From Candidatus Peregrinibacteria bacterium (GTDB lineage Bacteria; Patescibacteriota; Gracilibacteria; Peribacterales; Peribacteraceae), in NCBI GenBank assembly GCA_016196295.1, contig JACPYA010000041.1, forward strand, positions 1-50,737: a stretch of 50,737 nt of DNA, given 5' to 3'. The translations under genes and the position numbers were made by a program. The notes beneath the pieces are model-generated. The model did not search any database. It was not told the DNA's origin and saw nothing but the letters and a program-made list of their open reading frames with translations. Positions 37,906-47,531 of this stretch are shown piece by piece (positions within the stretch are counted from its first letter, which is position 1; each line of letters starts with the position of its first letter).

Positions 37906-39489
37906 TCATTCGGCGAGCAATTCGACCCACTGCAGCTTGATGTCGGCTGCTTTCATCTGCTCGGTGTCCTTGGCGTAGAGCCGCAATTTGATGATGAAGT
38001 CCTGCCCGGCCGTCCAGGTGGCGGCGCTAAACTCCACCTGCGTCGTCGCAAAGGATATGCTGGCGAGGTCCGTGGTAGACCCGGAGAGGGTCACCGCGGC
38101 ACCCGCCGTGTCATAGACGAAGATATCCATCTTGTTCTTGGCCGTATCCGTGCTGCTGCTGGCATACGTGACGGCGAGCGGATTGTCTTTCCAGCGTATG
38201 AAGTCCGACGGGATCGTCGCGCGAATGTTGATATCGTAGTCCTGCAGCGAGGTCTTCGTGCTCGTCCACACGTAGTGGTTTCGCAGCGAGCCGGTGCCAT
38301 TCACCCAGAGCTGTCCGACGTTGCTGCTTCCATCGGCGCCGTACGCGGCGCCCGGATACTGCGCATGCAGATACACTTCGGTCGTCTTCTCACGATCATC
38401 GCTGCTGAGCGCGCGGCGATCGGTCACCCCTCCCGCCGTGATGCTCCCGCCGGAGGTCGCCACTTCCGCGAGCGGAATGTAACTGATGTTCGTCGGGAAG
38501 CCGTACGTGCGAATGATGAGGCCTGTCGATGTCAAAAATACGTAGTTGGTTGCGCTGTTCGCGACATCCTGATTGCTTGCCCCCGCATAGTTCACGATGT
38601 TGCCGTTCAGCCGGTATCCGCCGGCCGCGATGTTGATCTTCAGCCCGGCGCCGGAGGACACGCGCAGGTGGGTATTTGTCGCGCTCGAAATCGCATTGAT
38701 ATCGACGCCGTTGATGAGCCCCGTCACGGTCAAGTTTCCCTGCACGCGCAACGCGCTGTTGAAGTCGAAGCGGCTGTTATAGGCATCGTACGAGAGGGTC
38801 TTATCGAGCGTCGTTCCGAAGCGCAGCACGACCGACCCCGTCGAACTCATCGTGTTGTCCGCGTCGATGGTGAAGCGGTTTCTGTCCGTGCCGCCGGCGA
38901 TTTGATCCACGCGCAGCAGTCCCCCGCTCTCGAGCACGGGGATCGCGCCGCTGCCCGTGCCGACGTCCCTGCGATCGATCATATCGGCGTTGAGCGCGGA
39001 AGGAACGGAGAGCACGGGAGAGCGATCGACGCTCGCATCGTTCGCATCCCGATCGAGGAGTTCGTAGGCCGTATCCGCCGCGGTCGATGCTTTCACTTCC
39101 ACCTGCAGGAAGAGGCTCGTGAGCGTATCCACGGGGACCGAGTCGATCGTCGGAAGGGCCGTGCCGCTCCCGAGCTGCACCGAAAAGTACCCGCGGCTGT
39201 CGGGCGTGACCGTGAAGACTTCGTACCAGCTCGCATAGTTGCTCGCACTCGTGTTGATCGCTCCCGTCGCCGTGACATCCCCGGAGACGTAGTCCGCGCT
39301 CTTCCAGTAACTGAAGCGAACCTTATGCGCGCTCGTGATGGGATCGCCGCTGCTATTCAAGAGATGACCGTTATACACGTGCTTGAGGGGGGCCGTGGTC
39401 GTCGCGGATGCCCGGGGAGAGAGCATCATCGCTCCCAACACCAGCGTGAAGACGAGCGCCGCGCCTGTGAGGAAATGTCGGCGTTTCAT
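37906..39489 (-). CDS. Secreted beta-rich fibre-like protein
   Basis: Signal peptide; Y.G.L.NSSG.P...G.FSVQLG N-domain; LRFG.TL.K.L.Y unit and C-terminal domain related to 36255; ATGA coupling to the upstream gene. Confidence 0.7.
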   Translation of the reverse strand: MKRRHFLTGAALVFTLVLGAMMLSPRASATTTAPLKHVYNGHLLNSSGDPITSAHKVRFSYWKSADYVSGDVTATGAINTSASNYASWYEVFTVTPDSRGYFSVQLGSGTALPTIDSVPVDTLTSLFLQVEVKASTAADTAYELLDRDANDASVDRSPVLSVPSALNADMIDRRDVGTGSGAIPVLESGGLLRVDQIAGGTDRNRFTIDADNTMSSTGSVVLRFGTTLDKTLSYDAYNSRFDFNSALRVQGNLTVTGLINGVDINAISSATNTHLRVSSGAGLKINIAAGGYRLNGNIVNYAGASNQDVANSATNYVFLTSTGLIIRTYGFPTNISYIPLAEVATSGGSITAGGVTDRRALSSDDREKTTEVYLHAQYPGAAYGADGSSNVGQLWVNGTGSLRNHYVWTSTKTSLQDYDINIRATIPSDFIRWKDNPLAVTYASSSTDTAKNKMDIFVYDTAGAAVTLSGSTTDLASISFATTQVEFSAATWTAGQDFIIKLRLYAKDTEQMKAADIKLQWVELLAE

Positions 39490-40352
39490 GATCGGGAGAA
39501 GCGAGCGGAACGTTTCTGCTTGGATGTGCGATGTGCGCGTCTGCGTTTCTGAGGATTGTGGCTCGTCGCATCCCGCGCGAGGAAATCTTCGCTGCGCTGG
39601 AGCAGCCGGGCGCAGAGGAGAAGGAGGAGAAGCGCGAGCAGGAAGAGCGACCACGGGAGAGAGAGGGTGCGCAGGGGCTGCAAATCGAGGAGAGCTGCAC
39701 GCAATCCGACGAGACTTCTTGATTGGAAATGCCCGAGTGGCCTCTCGTACGTCGCGGCCGGTCGCTGACGTCGCTGTGCGAGCGGGAACCGGTTACGCGC
39801 ACTCTGCGAAGGGAGGAGACGGCGGAGGGCGCCGCGCAGCGAGCGCTTCGGGGCGCGTACGCTCCGGGGAAGCGTTGGCGCGGATGTTCGCAGTCGTTGT
39901 TCGCGTCGCTGGAGGACTCTCTTGAGGAGAGCGGCGGTTGAGGGCCGCACAGGCGCGGCCGGTCGCGCGGGAGCAGTCGGCCGCGCCGCTCTGTCCTTGT
40001 TCGGCGTGCGCGGTTTCGCGTTGGCGGCCGTCGTGCCATGACCGTGTACGCCGCCACTCGGGGCGACGGACGACTCGGAAGACACGGAAGATGTCGAACT
40101 CGCGGAACTGCCGGCGACGAAGGTGCTCGTGATCTGGAAGCTCGTCCCCGTGAGCGGCTGCTGGTTCCACGCAAGGCCCGTCTCATTGAGGTGGAAGCTC
40201 GTCGAATCCATGGTTGTTTGCGTCGCGTCATTGGGAAGTGTCTCTTCCAGGCGGAAAGATGTGCTCGTGAGGGCTGAGGCCGACACCGGGACACTCAATC
40301 CCACTAGCGTGCACACGACACGAATGCCGATGACGAAGAGAAGTTTTTTCAT
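39486..40352 (-). CDS. Secreted/membrane-anchored Ser/Thr-rich protein
   Basis: MKKLLFV signal peptide, low-complexity linker, late TM helix; ATGA overlaps on both sides. Confidence 0.6.
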   Translation of the reverse strand: MKKLLFVIGIRVVCTLVGLSVPVSASALTSTSFRLEETLPNDATQTTMDSTSFHLNETGLAWNQQPLTGTSFQITSTFVAGSSASSTSSVSSESSVAPSGGVHGHGTTAANAKPRTPNKDRAARPTAPARPAAPVRPSTAALLKRVLQRREQRLRTSAPTLPRSVRAPKRSLRGALRRLLPSQSARNRFPLAQRRQRPAATYERPLGHFQSRSLVGLRAALLDLQPLRTLSLPWSLFLLALLLLLLCARLLQRSEDFLARDATSHNPQKRRRAHRTSKQKRSARFSRS

Positions 40353-40891
40353 GAGGCAAAAATGCCGAGCTGGTTCTCGATGGAATGAATCGATCCCCTC
40401 TTCCGCGGAGTCGGGCTGAACGTTTGAGCGGCTTCGAAAATCATGCGTTTGAGCCGGTGAGATTTCGTACTCGCGAAGAAGAAGCCGTGCCGCGCGATGA
40501 CGCGGCCGACCGTGGATGCGGAGAAGAGGAGTCCATGCTCCTCCAAAAGCCTGCGAGCGATGGCGTCTTTGCTCATCGTCGGATGCTCCAGGCGGCAAAA
40601 ACGGATCAACTCAATGACGAACGCGGGCGTTTCCTCCTTGCGCGTGCGGTGCGGCCGCTTCGATTGCTCCTCAAGGCTCCGCGCATTCTCTGGATCAAAC
40701 CGGCCGGCCCAGCGGTGATACGTCGAGCGGGAGATGCCAAAGTGCTTGCACGTCAGGCTGATATTCCCCGCGTGATCGAGGGCATAGGCAAACCAAGACA
40801 AGCGCAGTTTGGCGCCAGACGAGAGCTCGAGGTTTTTCGCTCTACGTCGCAAATTTTCCACGAGTTGCCTTGTATGTGTGTTATAGGTCAT
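40349..40891 (-). CDS. IS481-like double-HTH protein lacking the integrase core
   Basis: RLSWF...NISLTCKHFGISRSTYHRW..RFDP....SLEEQSKRP.R...I...R.EHP......IA..L......S.STVGRVI. Confidence 0.75.
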   Translation of the reverse strand: MTYNTHTRQLVENLRRRAKNLELSSGAKLRLSWFAYALDHAGNISLTCKHFGISRSTYHRWAGRFDPENARSLEEQSKRPHRTRKEETPAFVIELIRFCRLEHPTMSKDAIARRLLEEHGLLFSASTVGRVIARHGFFFASTKSHRLKRMIFEAAQTFSPTPRKRGSIHSIENQLGIFAS

Positions 40892-40908
40892 TGTGTATGT
40901 TCATGGTT

Positions 40909-40937
40909 ATTATACTATATTTTACTGAATATGTCTA
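40909..40937 (-). promoter_or_regulatory. Putative sigma70 promoter for the HTH operon
   Basis: TAGACA-17 nt-TATAAT. Confidence 0.6.
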
Positions 40938-41202
40938 ATATGTCCTGGAACATTCCAAGAGGCCTCGCGAACCGCTCTTTCTGACATTGGACGGTCTCGC
41001 ATGCGTCTGAACCTTCCGCGTCACGATGCACGCCCTCGAGGCTTCGGATAGATGAGGCTCGAACCGATGGCTTCTGCGAGAGGCAAGGCCTCTCGTGCGA
41101 GTGCATCTGCATCACTCTGAGCACCTCGCATACCGCTCTCAGGCGTCCACTTATTCAACCTTGTGACCGAGGAGAGAAATTGATACGCTCGGAGCCACAT
41201 CT

Positions 41203-42240
41203 ATGTCCCTCACGCCCAGCCGGAAACACAGCATCGCCACGCTCTCCGGACTGCTGCTCCTTAGCGCTGCTGCTCCTGCCTTCGCGCAGCCGGCGCCGTC
41301 TTTCTCCGATCTCCCCTCCGGACACGCGGCCTTCGAAGCCGTGGAATATCTGAAAACGCAGGGTGTCATCTCGGGCTACGCGGATGGAACGTTCAAGCCG
41401 AATGCCAAGGTGAATCGCGCGGAAGCGGTGAAGATCCTCATTGCGCCGCTCGTGAACGCCCAGCAGTTGGGCCAATTGGCGCACACCCCCTATGAAGACG
41501 TCGCCGCCGACGCCTGGTACAGGCCGTACGTCGAAGCGGCACGGCAGTCCTTTGGCATCATCGACGGACCGCCGCAGACGACGGTCTTTCACGGCGAGCG
41601 CCCCGTGCTGAAAGTCGAGTTCATCAAGATGCTCCTCCTCGCCAACAAGGCCGATGTCGGCGCGTACGGCGAAATCAAACTCCCCCTCTCCGTCGATGTC
41701 ACGAACACGGAGGAGTGGTTTTATCCCTACATTCGATATGCCGTCTCGTCATCGATCACCATGATCTCCGCGGACGGCACGCTGTCACCGGGTCGCGAAC
41801 TCACGCGTTCCGACGTCGCGCTCTTCCTGCACCGTTTCCTGATGTACCGCGAAGGCCGTCGCACGCAGGCCCTGCTCTCGGAGGCCGAAACGGAAATCCA
41901 CAATATCCTCGATTCGCTCGAGAAAAACGACATCACGCAAGCGGAACAAGCTTCGGCCCGGGCGCTCATCGCCGCGCGAGGCGCGCATGCGAGCAAACCG
42001 ACGGAAGCGGTGACGCAAGGAGCGGTGAAAACGACGGAGGCGTTCCGCGCTCTCGTCCGGGCGTACCGAGCGGGCGTGTCGGGCGACCTCGATACCGTCA
42101 TCGCCCTGGCATCGGAAGCATGGAACCTCGCAGCGAAGGCAAAGGAGCTGGACCCGACCTTGGCCTCGATCTCGGATCAAGTCCAGCAGACGGCGAAGAA
42201 CATGGCAGATAGCGCCCGTGCCCTCAAGGCTGCGCCTTGA
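41203..42240 (+). CDS. S-layer homology (SLH) domain protein
   Basis: Signal peptide; FSDLPSGH, GVISGYADGTFKPN..VNRAE, YEDV..DAWY. Confidence 0.88.
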   Translation: MSLTPSRKHSIATLSGLLLLSAAAPAFAQPAPSFSDLPSGHAAFEAVEYLKTQGVISGYADGTFKPNAKVNRAEAVKILIAPLVNAQQLGQLAHTPYEDVAADAWYRPYVEAARQSFGIIDGPPQTTVFHGERPVLKVEFIKMLLLANKADVGAYGEIKLPLSVDVTNTEEWFYPYIRYAVSSSITMISADGTLSPGRELTRSDVALFLHRFLMYREGRRTQALLSEAETEIHNILDSLEKNDITQAEQASARALIAARGAHASKPTEAVTQGAVKTTEAFRALVRAYRAGVSGDLDTVIALASEAWNLAAKAKELDPTLASISDQVQQTAKNMADSARALKAAP

Positions 42241-42242
42241 GG

Positions 42243-42640
42243 AGTGGAAAGTGAGACGGAGAGTGGAAAGTTGAAGGTGGAAAGTGGAAAGAGAAAAGGT
42301 TAAGATAGCAAACTATGGTTCCTGAGCCCCTGCGATTTTGGCTGCGACTCATCACTGATGCAAGCTATGCTCCGGATACAAGAACAAAGCTACTGCAGGA
42401 AGAACTCACATCAATTATTTCCATGCTCGTTCAGAGCATTAAGACCGCCAAGATCGTCCATAACTTTCCATTTACCACTTTACACTTTCCACTCTTCACG
42501 GTCCGTAACTTTCCCTGCCCGTCCGGCAGGCGGGCACTTTCTACTTTGCACTTTTCACTCTTCACGGTCCGTAACTTTCCCTGCCCGTCCGGCAGGCGGG
42601 CACTTTCCACTTTCCATTTTGCATTTTCCACTTCCATTTA
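42243..42640 (+). pseudogene. Internally deleted four-helix-bundle cassette with inverted GTGGAAA/TTTCCAC arrays
   Basis: Remnant FWLRLITDASY...EELTSIISMLVQSIKTAK aligns with the C-terminus of 35851-36210; arms 42243-42298 and 42462-42640. Confidence 0.8.
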
Positions 42641-43002
42641 AGGCGCATGTGATTGCGGGCTCGGGGAGAGGCCGCAAGCTTGGCGTGCCCACGCTCAATG
42701 TGAATCTCGCGCAAGTTCCCAGCGATCTTGAGGATGGCATCTACGCGTGTTTCGTGAACGTCCAGGGCAAGAAAATGCAGGGCGCGCTCCATATGGGACC
42801 TCGCCCGGTCTTTCAGGATAGCCGCGCGTGCGAAGTGCACTTGATCGGAGAACTTCTGAACGATCCGCCGCAAGACGTGGAGATCGAAATCGTCGAGCGT
42901 CTCCGGGAGATCCGAGACTTTCCGTCCGCGCAGGCGCTGCAAGAGCAAATGCGAGAGGATATTGACCAGGCGAGGGCTATCCTCGCAAAAAAAGGTCGAT
43001 AG
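42619..43002 (+). CDS. Riboflavin kinase (monofunctional RibF kinase domain); start uncertain
   Basis: G.GRGRKLGVPTLN, GIYA, G.RP.F, EVHL, RLREIRDF.S...L..Q...DI. Confidence 0.88.
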   Translation: MHFPLPFKAHVIAGSGRGRKLGVPTLNVNLAQVPSDLEDGIYACFVNVQGKKMQGALHMGPRPVFQDSRACEVHLIGELLNDPPQDVEIEIVERLREIRDFPSAQALQEQMREDIDQARAILAKKGR

Positions 43003-43013
43003 AATGGTTCGGC

Positions 43014-44312
43014 ATGTTGCGCTCGCTCAAAGACAGAATCGGACAACGCAGTCCCATTCGCCTCCTGTGGCACCGGGGAAAGGCACTGCTTGCCGCAATC
43101 CGGTATGGCTTCCCTGCGCGGCGACTCGTCGTGCTCGGCATCACGGGAACGGACGGCAAGACGACGACGGTCGGCATGGTGACCCACATCTTACGATCCG
43201 CCGGGGTACGCGTCGGCGCCGCTTCGACTGCCTTTTTCGATACGGGAAATGGCGCGAAGGAGAACCCCTTGCACCTCACGTCCATTAATCCGTTTGTCTT
43301 GCAGAAGTTACTTCGAACGATGGTGAAAAACGGCTGCACGCACGCTGTCGTCGAGGCCTCCAGCCACGGGCTCGTGCAACATCGCCTGGACTGGATCTGG
43401 CCACGGGTCGCCGCGATCACCAATATCGCGCTTGAGCACCTCGACTATCACGGGACGATGGAGCAATACCGTCGTGATAAAGCGATCCTCTTTCGGATGC
43501 TCGGGGGCATGGGGACGAAAATCCTGAATGCGCGAGATCCGACCTTCCGAGAGTATCAAGCGATTCCATCCGAACGAACGATCGTGTGGGGGGATCCGGA
43601 GGTACACGCACCCACAAAACTCTGGCTCACGGACACAGTGTTACAGCCTGCCGAGAGTTCCGCACGCGTGCACCTCGCTTCTTCTGGATCCACGCAATCG
43701 ATGGAACTCCATTTGAAGATACCGGGGGGCTTCAATCTGGAAAACGCGCTCACGGCGATCGGCTGTGCACTCGCCGTCGGAGTATCGATCCAAGCGGCCG
43801 TGAAAGCCCTCGGCTCATTTGCAGGAATTCCCGGACGGCTCGAACGGATCGACGAGGGGCAACCATTCTCGGTCTACGTAGACTTTGCTGTTTCGCCGCA
43901 GGCATACGAGAAAGCGCTCCACACACTGCGCGGTATCGTCGGGGATGCAGGTCGCGTGATGGTCCTCTGTTCGAGCTGCGGCAACCGCATGCGCGAGAAA
44001 CGGCCGGAGATCGGGCGCATCTGCTCTGAGCTCGCAGACGTTGTCGTCGCGTGTGAAGACGAAACCTACGGCGAAGATCCGCATACCGTGCTCGAGGAGG
44101 TGTGGGCCGGCGTGGATCAAACGCAGTGCGAAGCGCACAAGATCTTCGATCGTCGCGAAGCAATCCGCTTTTTGCTTACACACGCACGCGCCGGTGACGC
44201 CGTGGTCGTCTGTGGCATGGGACCGTTTTCGACGATGACGAAACTGGAAGGCAGAGTGCCGTGGGACGAGAGAATCGTGACACGGTCAATCCTCCAAGAC
44301 ATGAGATTTTAA
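43014..44312 (+). CDS. murE: Mur ligase, MurE type
   Basis: GITGTDGKTTT, EASSHGL.QHR, TNI..EHLDYH, GRLE, VDFA, CGNR. Confidence 0.88.
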   Translation: MLRSLKDRIGQRSPIRLLWHRGKALLAAIRYGFPARRLVVLGITGTDGKTTTVGMVTHILRSAGVRVGAASTAFFDTGNGAKENPLHLTSINPFVLQKLLRTMVKNGCTHAVVEASSHGLVQHRLDWIWPRVAAITNIALEHLDYHGTMEQYRRDKAILFRMLGGMGTKILNARDPTFREYQAIPSERTIVWGDPEVHAPTKLWLTDTVLQPAESSARVHLASSGSTQSMELHLKIPGGFNLENALTAIGCALAVGVSIQAAVKALGSFAGIPGRLERIDEGQPFSVYVDFAVSPQAYEKALHTLRGIVGDAGRVMVLCSSCGNRMREKRPEIGRICSELADVVVACEDETYGEDPHTVLEEVWAGVDQTQCEAHKIFDRREAIRFLLTHARAGDAVVVCGMGPFSTMTKLEGRVPWDERIVTRSILQDMRF

Positions 44313-44349
44313 AAGGGTCGGCGACACGCGAGGTGCCCCGACCCAGGGT

Positions 44350-44481
44350 TCACGACTCGTCGCCGATACCTGTCAGATGACAGATGAGGCAGAGAGCGGC
44401 GACGCCGAAAATCATGACCATGATCGGCAGCGCCATTTCGTCTTGCAGGAATCCTTCCAGCATGTGACACACTCCTTCCAT
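44350..44481 (-). CDS. Possible small membrane protein (43 aa)
   Basis: MEGVCHMLEGFLQDEMALPIMVMIFGVAALCLICHLTGIGDES; pyrimidine-rich leader. Confidence 0.3.
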   Translation of the reverse strand: MEGVCHMLEGFLQDEMALPIMVMIFGVAALCLICHLTGIGDES

Positions 44482-44610
44482 AGAGAAACGAAACGTAAGT
44501 GAACCCGAAAACCTTCAGAAAAAAAGCTTGCGGGTTCACTGTACCTACGGCGTACGATGCGAAGGATCGACGTTCGTATTCGTAGATTATTATCATCTAT
44601 TTTTAACAAA

Positions 44611-45333
44611 TTGTCAATTACAGCGATCATCGCCGGAATAGACGAAGCGGGACGCGGAGCGCTGGCCGGACCGGTGGTCGCGGCGGCGTGCGTCTTGAAA
44701 GCAGAGCTCTTTCGGAAAGTCGCGCCGTTCCTGCATTGGTCTCCCAAGAAACGCAAGAACCAAACGGGGCACTGTCGCATCGGCGACAGCAAGAAACTGA
44801 CTCCCGAGGAGCGCGCTGTCGCGTACGAATGGATCACGCGACATTCTTCTTTCGGCGTGGGCATGTCCCCGTCGGAAGATGTGGAAACGCTCGGCATTCT
44901 CGGCGCGACGGAGAAAGCGATGCATCTTGCACTGAAAGATTTGGAGAAGACGCTTCGGCCAACCTACTTGCTCGTCGATGGCCGCGATGCGTTCTGGTTC
45001 GACTACCCGCACAGCTCGCTCATCGGCGGGGATGGACTCGAGCCCTGCATCGCGGCGGCGTCGATCATCGCGAAGGTGACGCGCGACCGCTGGATGACGG
45101 ACATCGCGAAGCACCACGCGTCGTTCGGCTTCGATCGTCACAAAGGGTACGGCACGGCCGGCCACTTCGCGGCGCTGAAAGTGCACGGCCCGTGCGCCAT
45201 CCACCGCAAAAATTTCCTGCGGAAGTTCTTCGAAACGGGAGAGACGACTTACGATTTGTCCGACGCCGGCCCCATCCCCATCCACCTCCAAAGCAGCACG
45301 CCGGCGAGGAAGATCGGCAGCGTGAGCAGCTGA
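44611..45333 (+). CDS. rnhB: Ribonuclease HII (start uncertain)
   Basis: GIDEAGRGALAGPV, DSKKL, LVDG, IAAASIIAKVTRD, HKGYGT. Confidence 0.95.
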   Translation: MSITAIIAGIDEAGRGALAGPVVAAACVLKAELFRKVAPFLHWSPKKRKNQTGHCRIGDSKKLTPEERAVAYEWITRHSSFGVGMSPSEDVETLGILGATEKAMHLALKDLEKTLRPTYLLVDGRDAFWFDYPHSSLIGGDGLEPCIAAASIIAKVTRDRWMTDIAKHHASFGFDRHKGYGTAGHFAALKVHGPCAIHRKNFLRKFFETGETTYDLSDAGPIPIHLQSSTPARKIGSVSS

Positions 45334-46043
45334 CCGCGACTGAGCTGGAAGAAGACGAAATCAATGAGCGGATATTCCTGCGCGCGGAAGTATTCGAGCA
45401 AGAACCGCAGGAGCCCGTAGAGCATCAGGAAGAGCGCGAAGGTCCGGCCGGGGTGATAGGGGCGCGCCGCACGGAGGTGCCCGTAGCAGAGTCCTGCGAT
45501 CAAAAGGTCCTTGAGGACGGCATAGATTTGCGTCGGGTGCCGCAGTCCTTCGACCCCGGGGATCGCGATGCCCCACGGAAGATCCGTCGGGTTCCCGTAG
45601 AGCTCCATATTGATGAAATTGCCAAAGCGTCCGAAGGCGAGGCCGATCGCCACCGGAACCGCGATGACGTCGGCGAGCCTGCGGACATCGAGGCCTTTCC
45701 TCCAACTGAAGTAAAAGAGTCCGATCGCGACGCCCAGGAACCCTCCATGCGAGGACATGCCGCCCTTCCAGACCATCAAGATCTGCAGGGGCCGGATGGA
45801 GTAATACGCAGGTTCATAGAAGAGGACGTATCCCAGACGCCCGCCGATGATCACGCCGAGGACCGTCACGGAGACGACCGATGCCCAATCTTCACGACTG
45901 AGGTGGAGTCCTCGTTCCTTCTGCAACCGCGGCAGAAGAAAGAGAGCAAGGAGGAACGCCAGCAAATACATGAGGCCGTACCAGTGGATGGCAAAGCCGA
46001 AGAGCTCGAGGGCAACGGGACGGGAAGGGAAGAAAGAGATCAT
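45249..46043 (-). CDS. lgt: Prolipoprotein diacylglyceryl transferase
   Basis: IHWYGLMY, GGRLGYVLFY, W.GGMSSHGG, GRFGNFIN.E, RHPTQIY. Confidence 0.96.
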   Translation of the reverse strand: MISFFPSRPVALELFGFAIHWYGLMYLLAFLLALFLLPRLQKERGLHLSREDWASVVSVTVLGVIIGGRLGYVLFYEPAYYSIRPLQILMVWKGGMSSHGGFLGVAIGLFYFSWRKGLDVRRLADVIAVPVAIGLAFGRFGNFINMELYGNPTDLPWGIAIPGVEGLRHPTQIYAVLKDLLIAGLCYGHLRAARPYHPGRTFALFLMLYGLLRFLLEYFRAQEYPLIDFVFFQLSRGQLLTLPIFLAGVLLWRWMGMGPASDKS

Positions 46044-47527
46044 AGAGCGGTGCAGGAAGGAGAAACGGCAAGCAGAGAGGGAGAATCAGTTTTCTGCAAA
46101 CACGGATCTTCAAGGAATCGCTCTGCATTCTCTCCGTACCTTGCCGAAAATCGATCGGTGAGAAAGACTGCGGCGGGACCGCTCACGCTTCTGAGAACAT
46201 TTCTCCGCTCGGCCTGCGTGCCGAGGAGAAACTTTTCCCATTCGCCATAGTCCCACGGCGATTCGAAGACTCCTGGACCCGCGATGCGATGGTTCGGAAG
46301 GTAACCGCGCAGCCACGGTGCGGTTTCCGGCTCCAGCGCGAGGATGAGCGTTGCCTCCGGGAGCGCCGCCGCATCGGCGATGCGTCGGAAGGTCTCGCTG
46401 TCGATCGTCGGGCGGATTTCCTCGAGTGGGTACTGCTCACAGATCTGGAAACTGAGGAGACAGAGCAGATCCAGCTGATTCGGTGCGATCGCCTGCAACG
46501 TGAAGAGCGCTTGCACGAGGAGGAGGACGCAGACGAGGCTTTGGAGCGCCCACGACTTCCAGCGCGTCCATGCTTGAGCGACGGCGTAGCCCGCAAACGG
46601 CAGGAGGAAGAAATCGAGGTGCAGGAAAAATCGCCGATAGAAGAGGAACTTGGCGGCAACCGCAATGAGCGCCCACAGGGCCGCGACGTGCCAGATGGAA
46701 ATCCCTTCATCCATGCTCAGGATGAAGCCGATGACGCCGAGCAGCAGGAGCAGCCCGGAGTACACGAGAAACACCGATGGAGGCGGAAATGTGCCTGGCA
46801 CCGCATTGCCTTGGAAGATCATGGAAAGGTGCTGCAAGACAACGTCCCACATCGGCACGTACCACAATGCGCCGAGAATGAGCGCGGGGACGACCAGCAG
46901 GAGAATTTTCCGAAATCCAGGACCACCCTCTGTTTTGAAGTAATCGACGACGAGCCACGTGAGGACGATGAGACCGAGGAGAAACCCCGTTTGGTGATGC
47001 GTCGCGAACGCGAACATCCCGAACAGGATCGCGGCAAAGGAGTGCTCCTCGATGAAATGAAACGTGAGCGCGACGAAGATGAGTGCGAGCGCCGTTTTCC
47101 AATACATGAGAAGGAAGCCCTCGTACTGCGCGACGGAGAGAAGCGCCATGAGGAGCGTCAGGAAGCCCACCAAACGGCCATAACTGCGCCCCGCGGTGAA
47201 CGCGAGGACGAGGGCCGTTGCGATCGGAACGAGGTTCCAGACCCAGCCGACGAGAGCGTCTACGGGGAGGCCCAAGCGCAAGAGGATCGTCGAGAAGAAG
47301 AAGAGGCCGAGCGGGTGCTCCAGAGCCCACCCGTCCATGGGAGCGATGCTGAACGGCGGAAACGCCGTCGTATGTTTCACAAAAAGATAGCGATAGATGC
47401 CGGGATCAAACCCGAGCGGCACCTCGAAGGCAAAGAGCGTCCAGGCGTACTTCGCGAGAAGCAGCAGTATAAGGACCACATACCCCACGATGTACCATCG
47501 ATCCTCCGAAAAGCGCGTGAGTCGCAT
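46040..47527 (-). CDS. Polytopic membrane protein, possible GT-C fold glycosyltransferase
   Basis: First TM followed by PLGFDPG.Y loop, about 11-13 TM helices, C-terminal soluble domain; downstream of two GT4 genes. Confidence 0.6.
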   Translation of the reverse strand: MRLTRFSEDRWYIVGYVVLILLLLAKYAWTLFAFEVPLGFDPGIYRYLFVKHTTAFPPFSIAPMDGWALEHPLGLFFFSTILLRLGLPVDALVGWVWNLVPIATALVLAFTAGRSYGRLVGFLTLLMALLSVAQYEGFLLMYWKTALALIFVALTFHFIEEHSFAAILFGMFAFATHHQTGFLLGLIVLTWLVVDYFKTEGGPGFRKILLLVVPALILGALWYVPMWDVVLQHLSMIFQGNAVPGTFPPPSVFLVYSGLLLLLGVIGFILSMDEGISIWHVAALWALIAVAAKFLFYRRFFLHLDFFLLPFAGYAVAQAWTRWKSWALQSLVCVLLLVQALFTLQAIAPNQLDLLCLLSFQICEQYPLEEIRPTIDSETFRRIADAAALPEATLILALEPETAPWLRGYLPNHRIAGPGVFESPWDYGEWEKFLLGTQAERRNVLRSVSGPAAVFLTDRFSARYGENAERFLEDPCLQKTDSPSLLAVSPSCTAL

Positions 47528-47531
47528 AGAA

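Noticed and set aside
27176..40891. Prophage or intact IS481 elements
   Set aside because: The fibre-like proteins have signal peptides and there are no virion or packaging genes; the HTH proteins lack a DDE domain and evident terminal inverted repeats.
40975..41150. Possible structured RNA or small ORF between the HTH and SLH genes
   Set aside because: Only one short hairpin and no recognisable motif; not enough support.
42358..42618. N-terminal domain on the riboflavin kinase
   Set aside because: It is an off-frame translation of the four-helix remnant and heptamer arrays, not an FAD synthetase domain.
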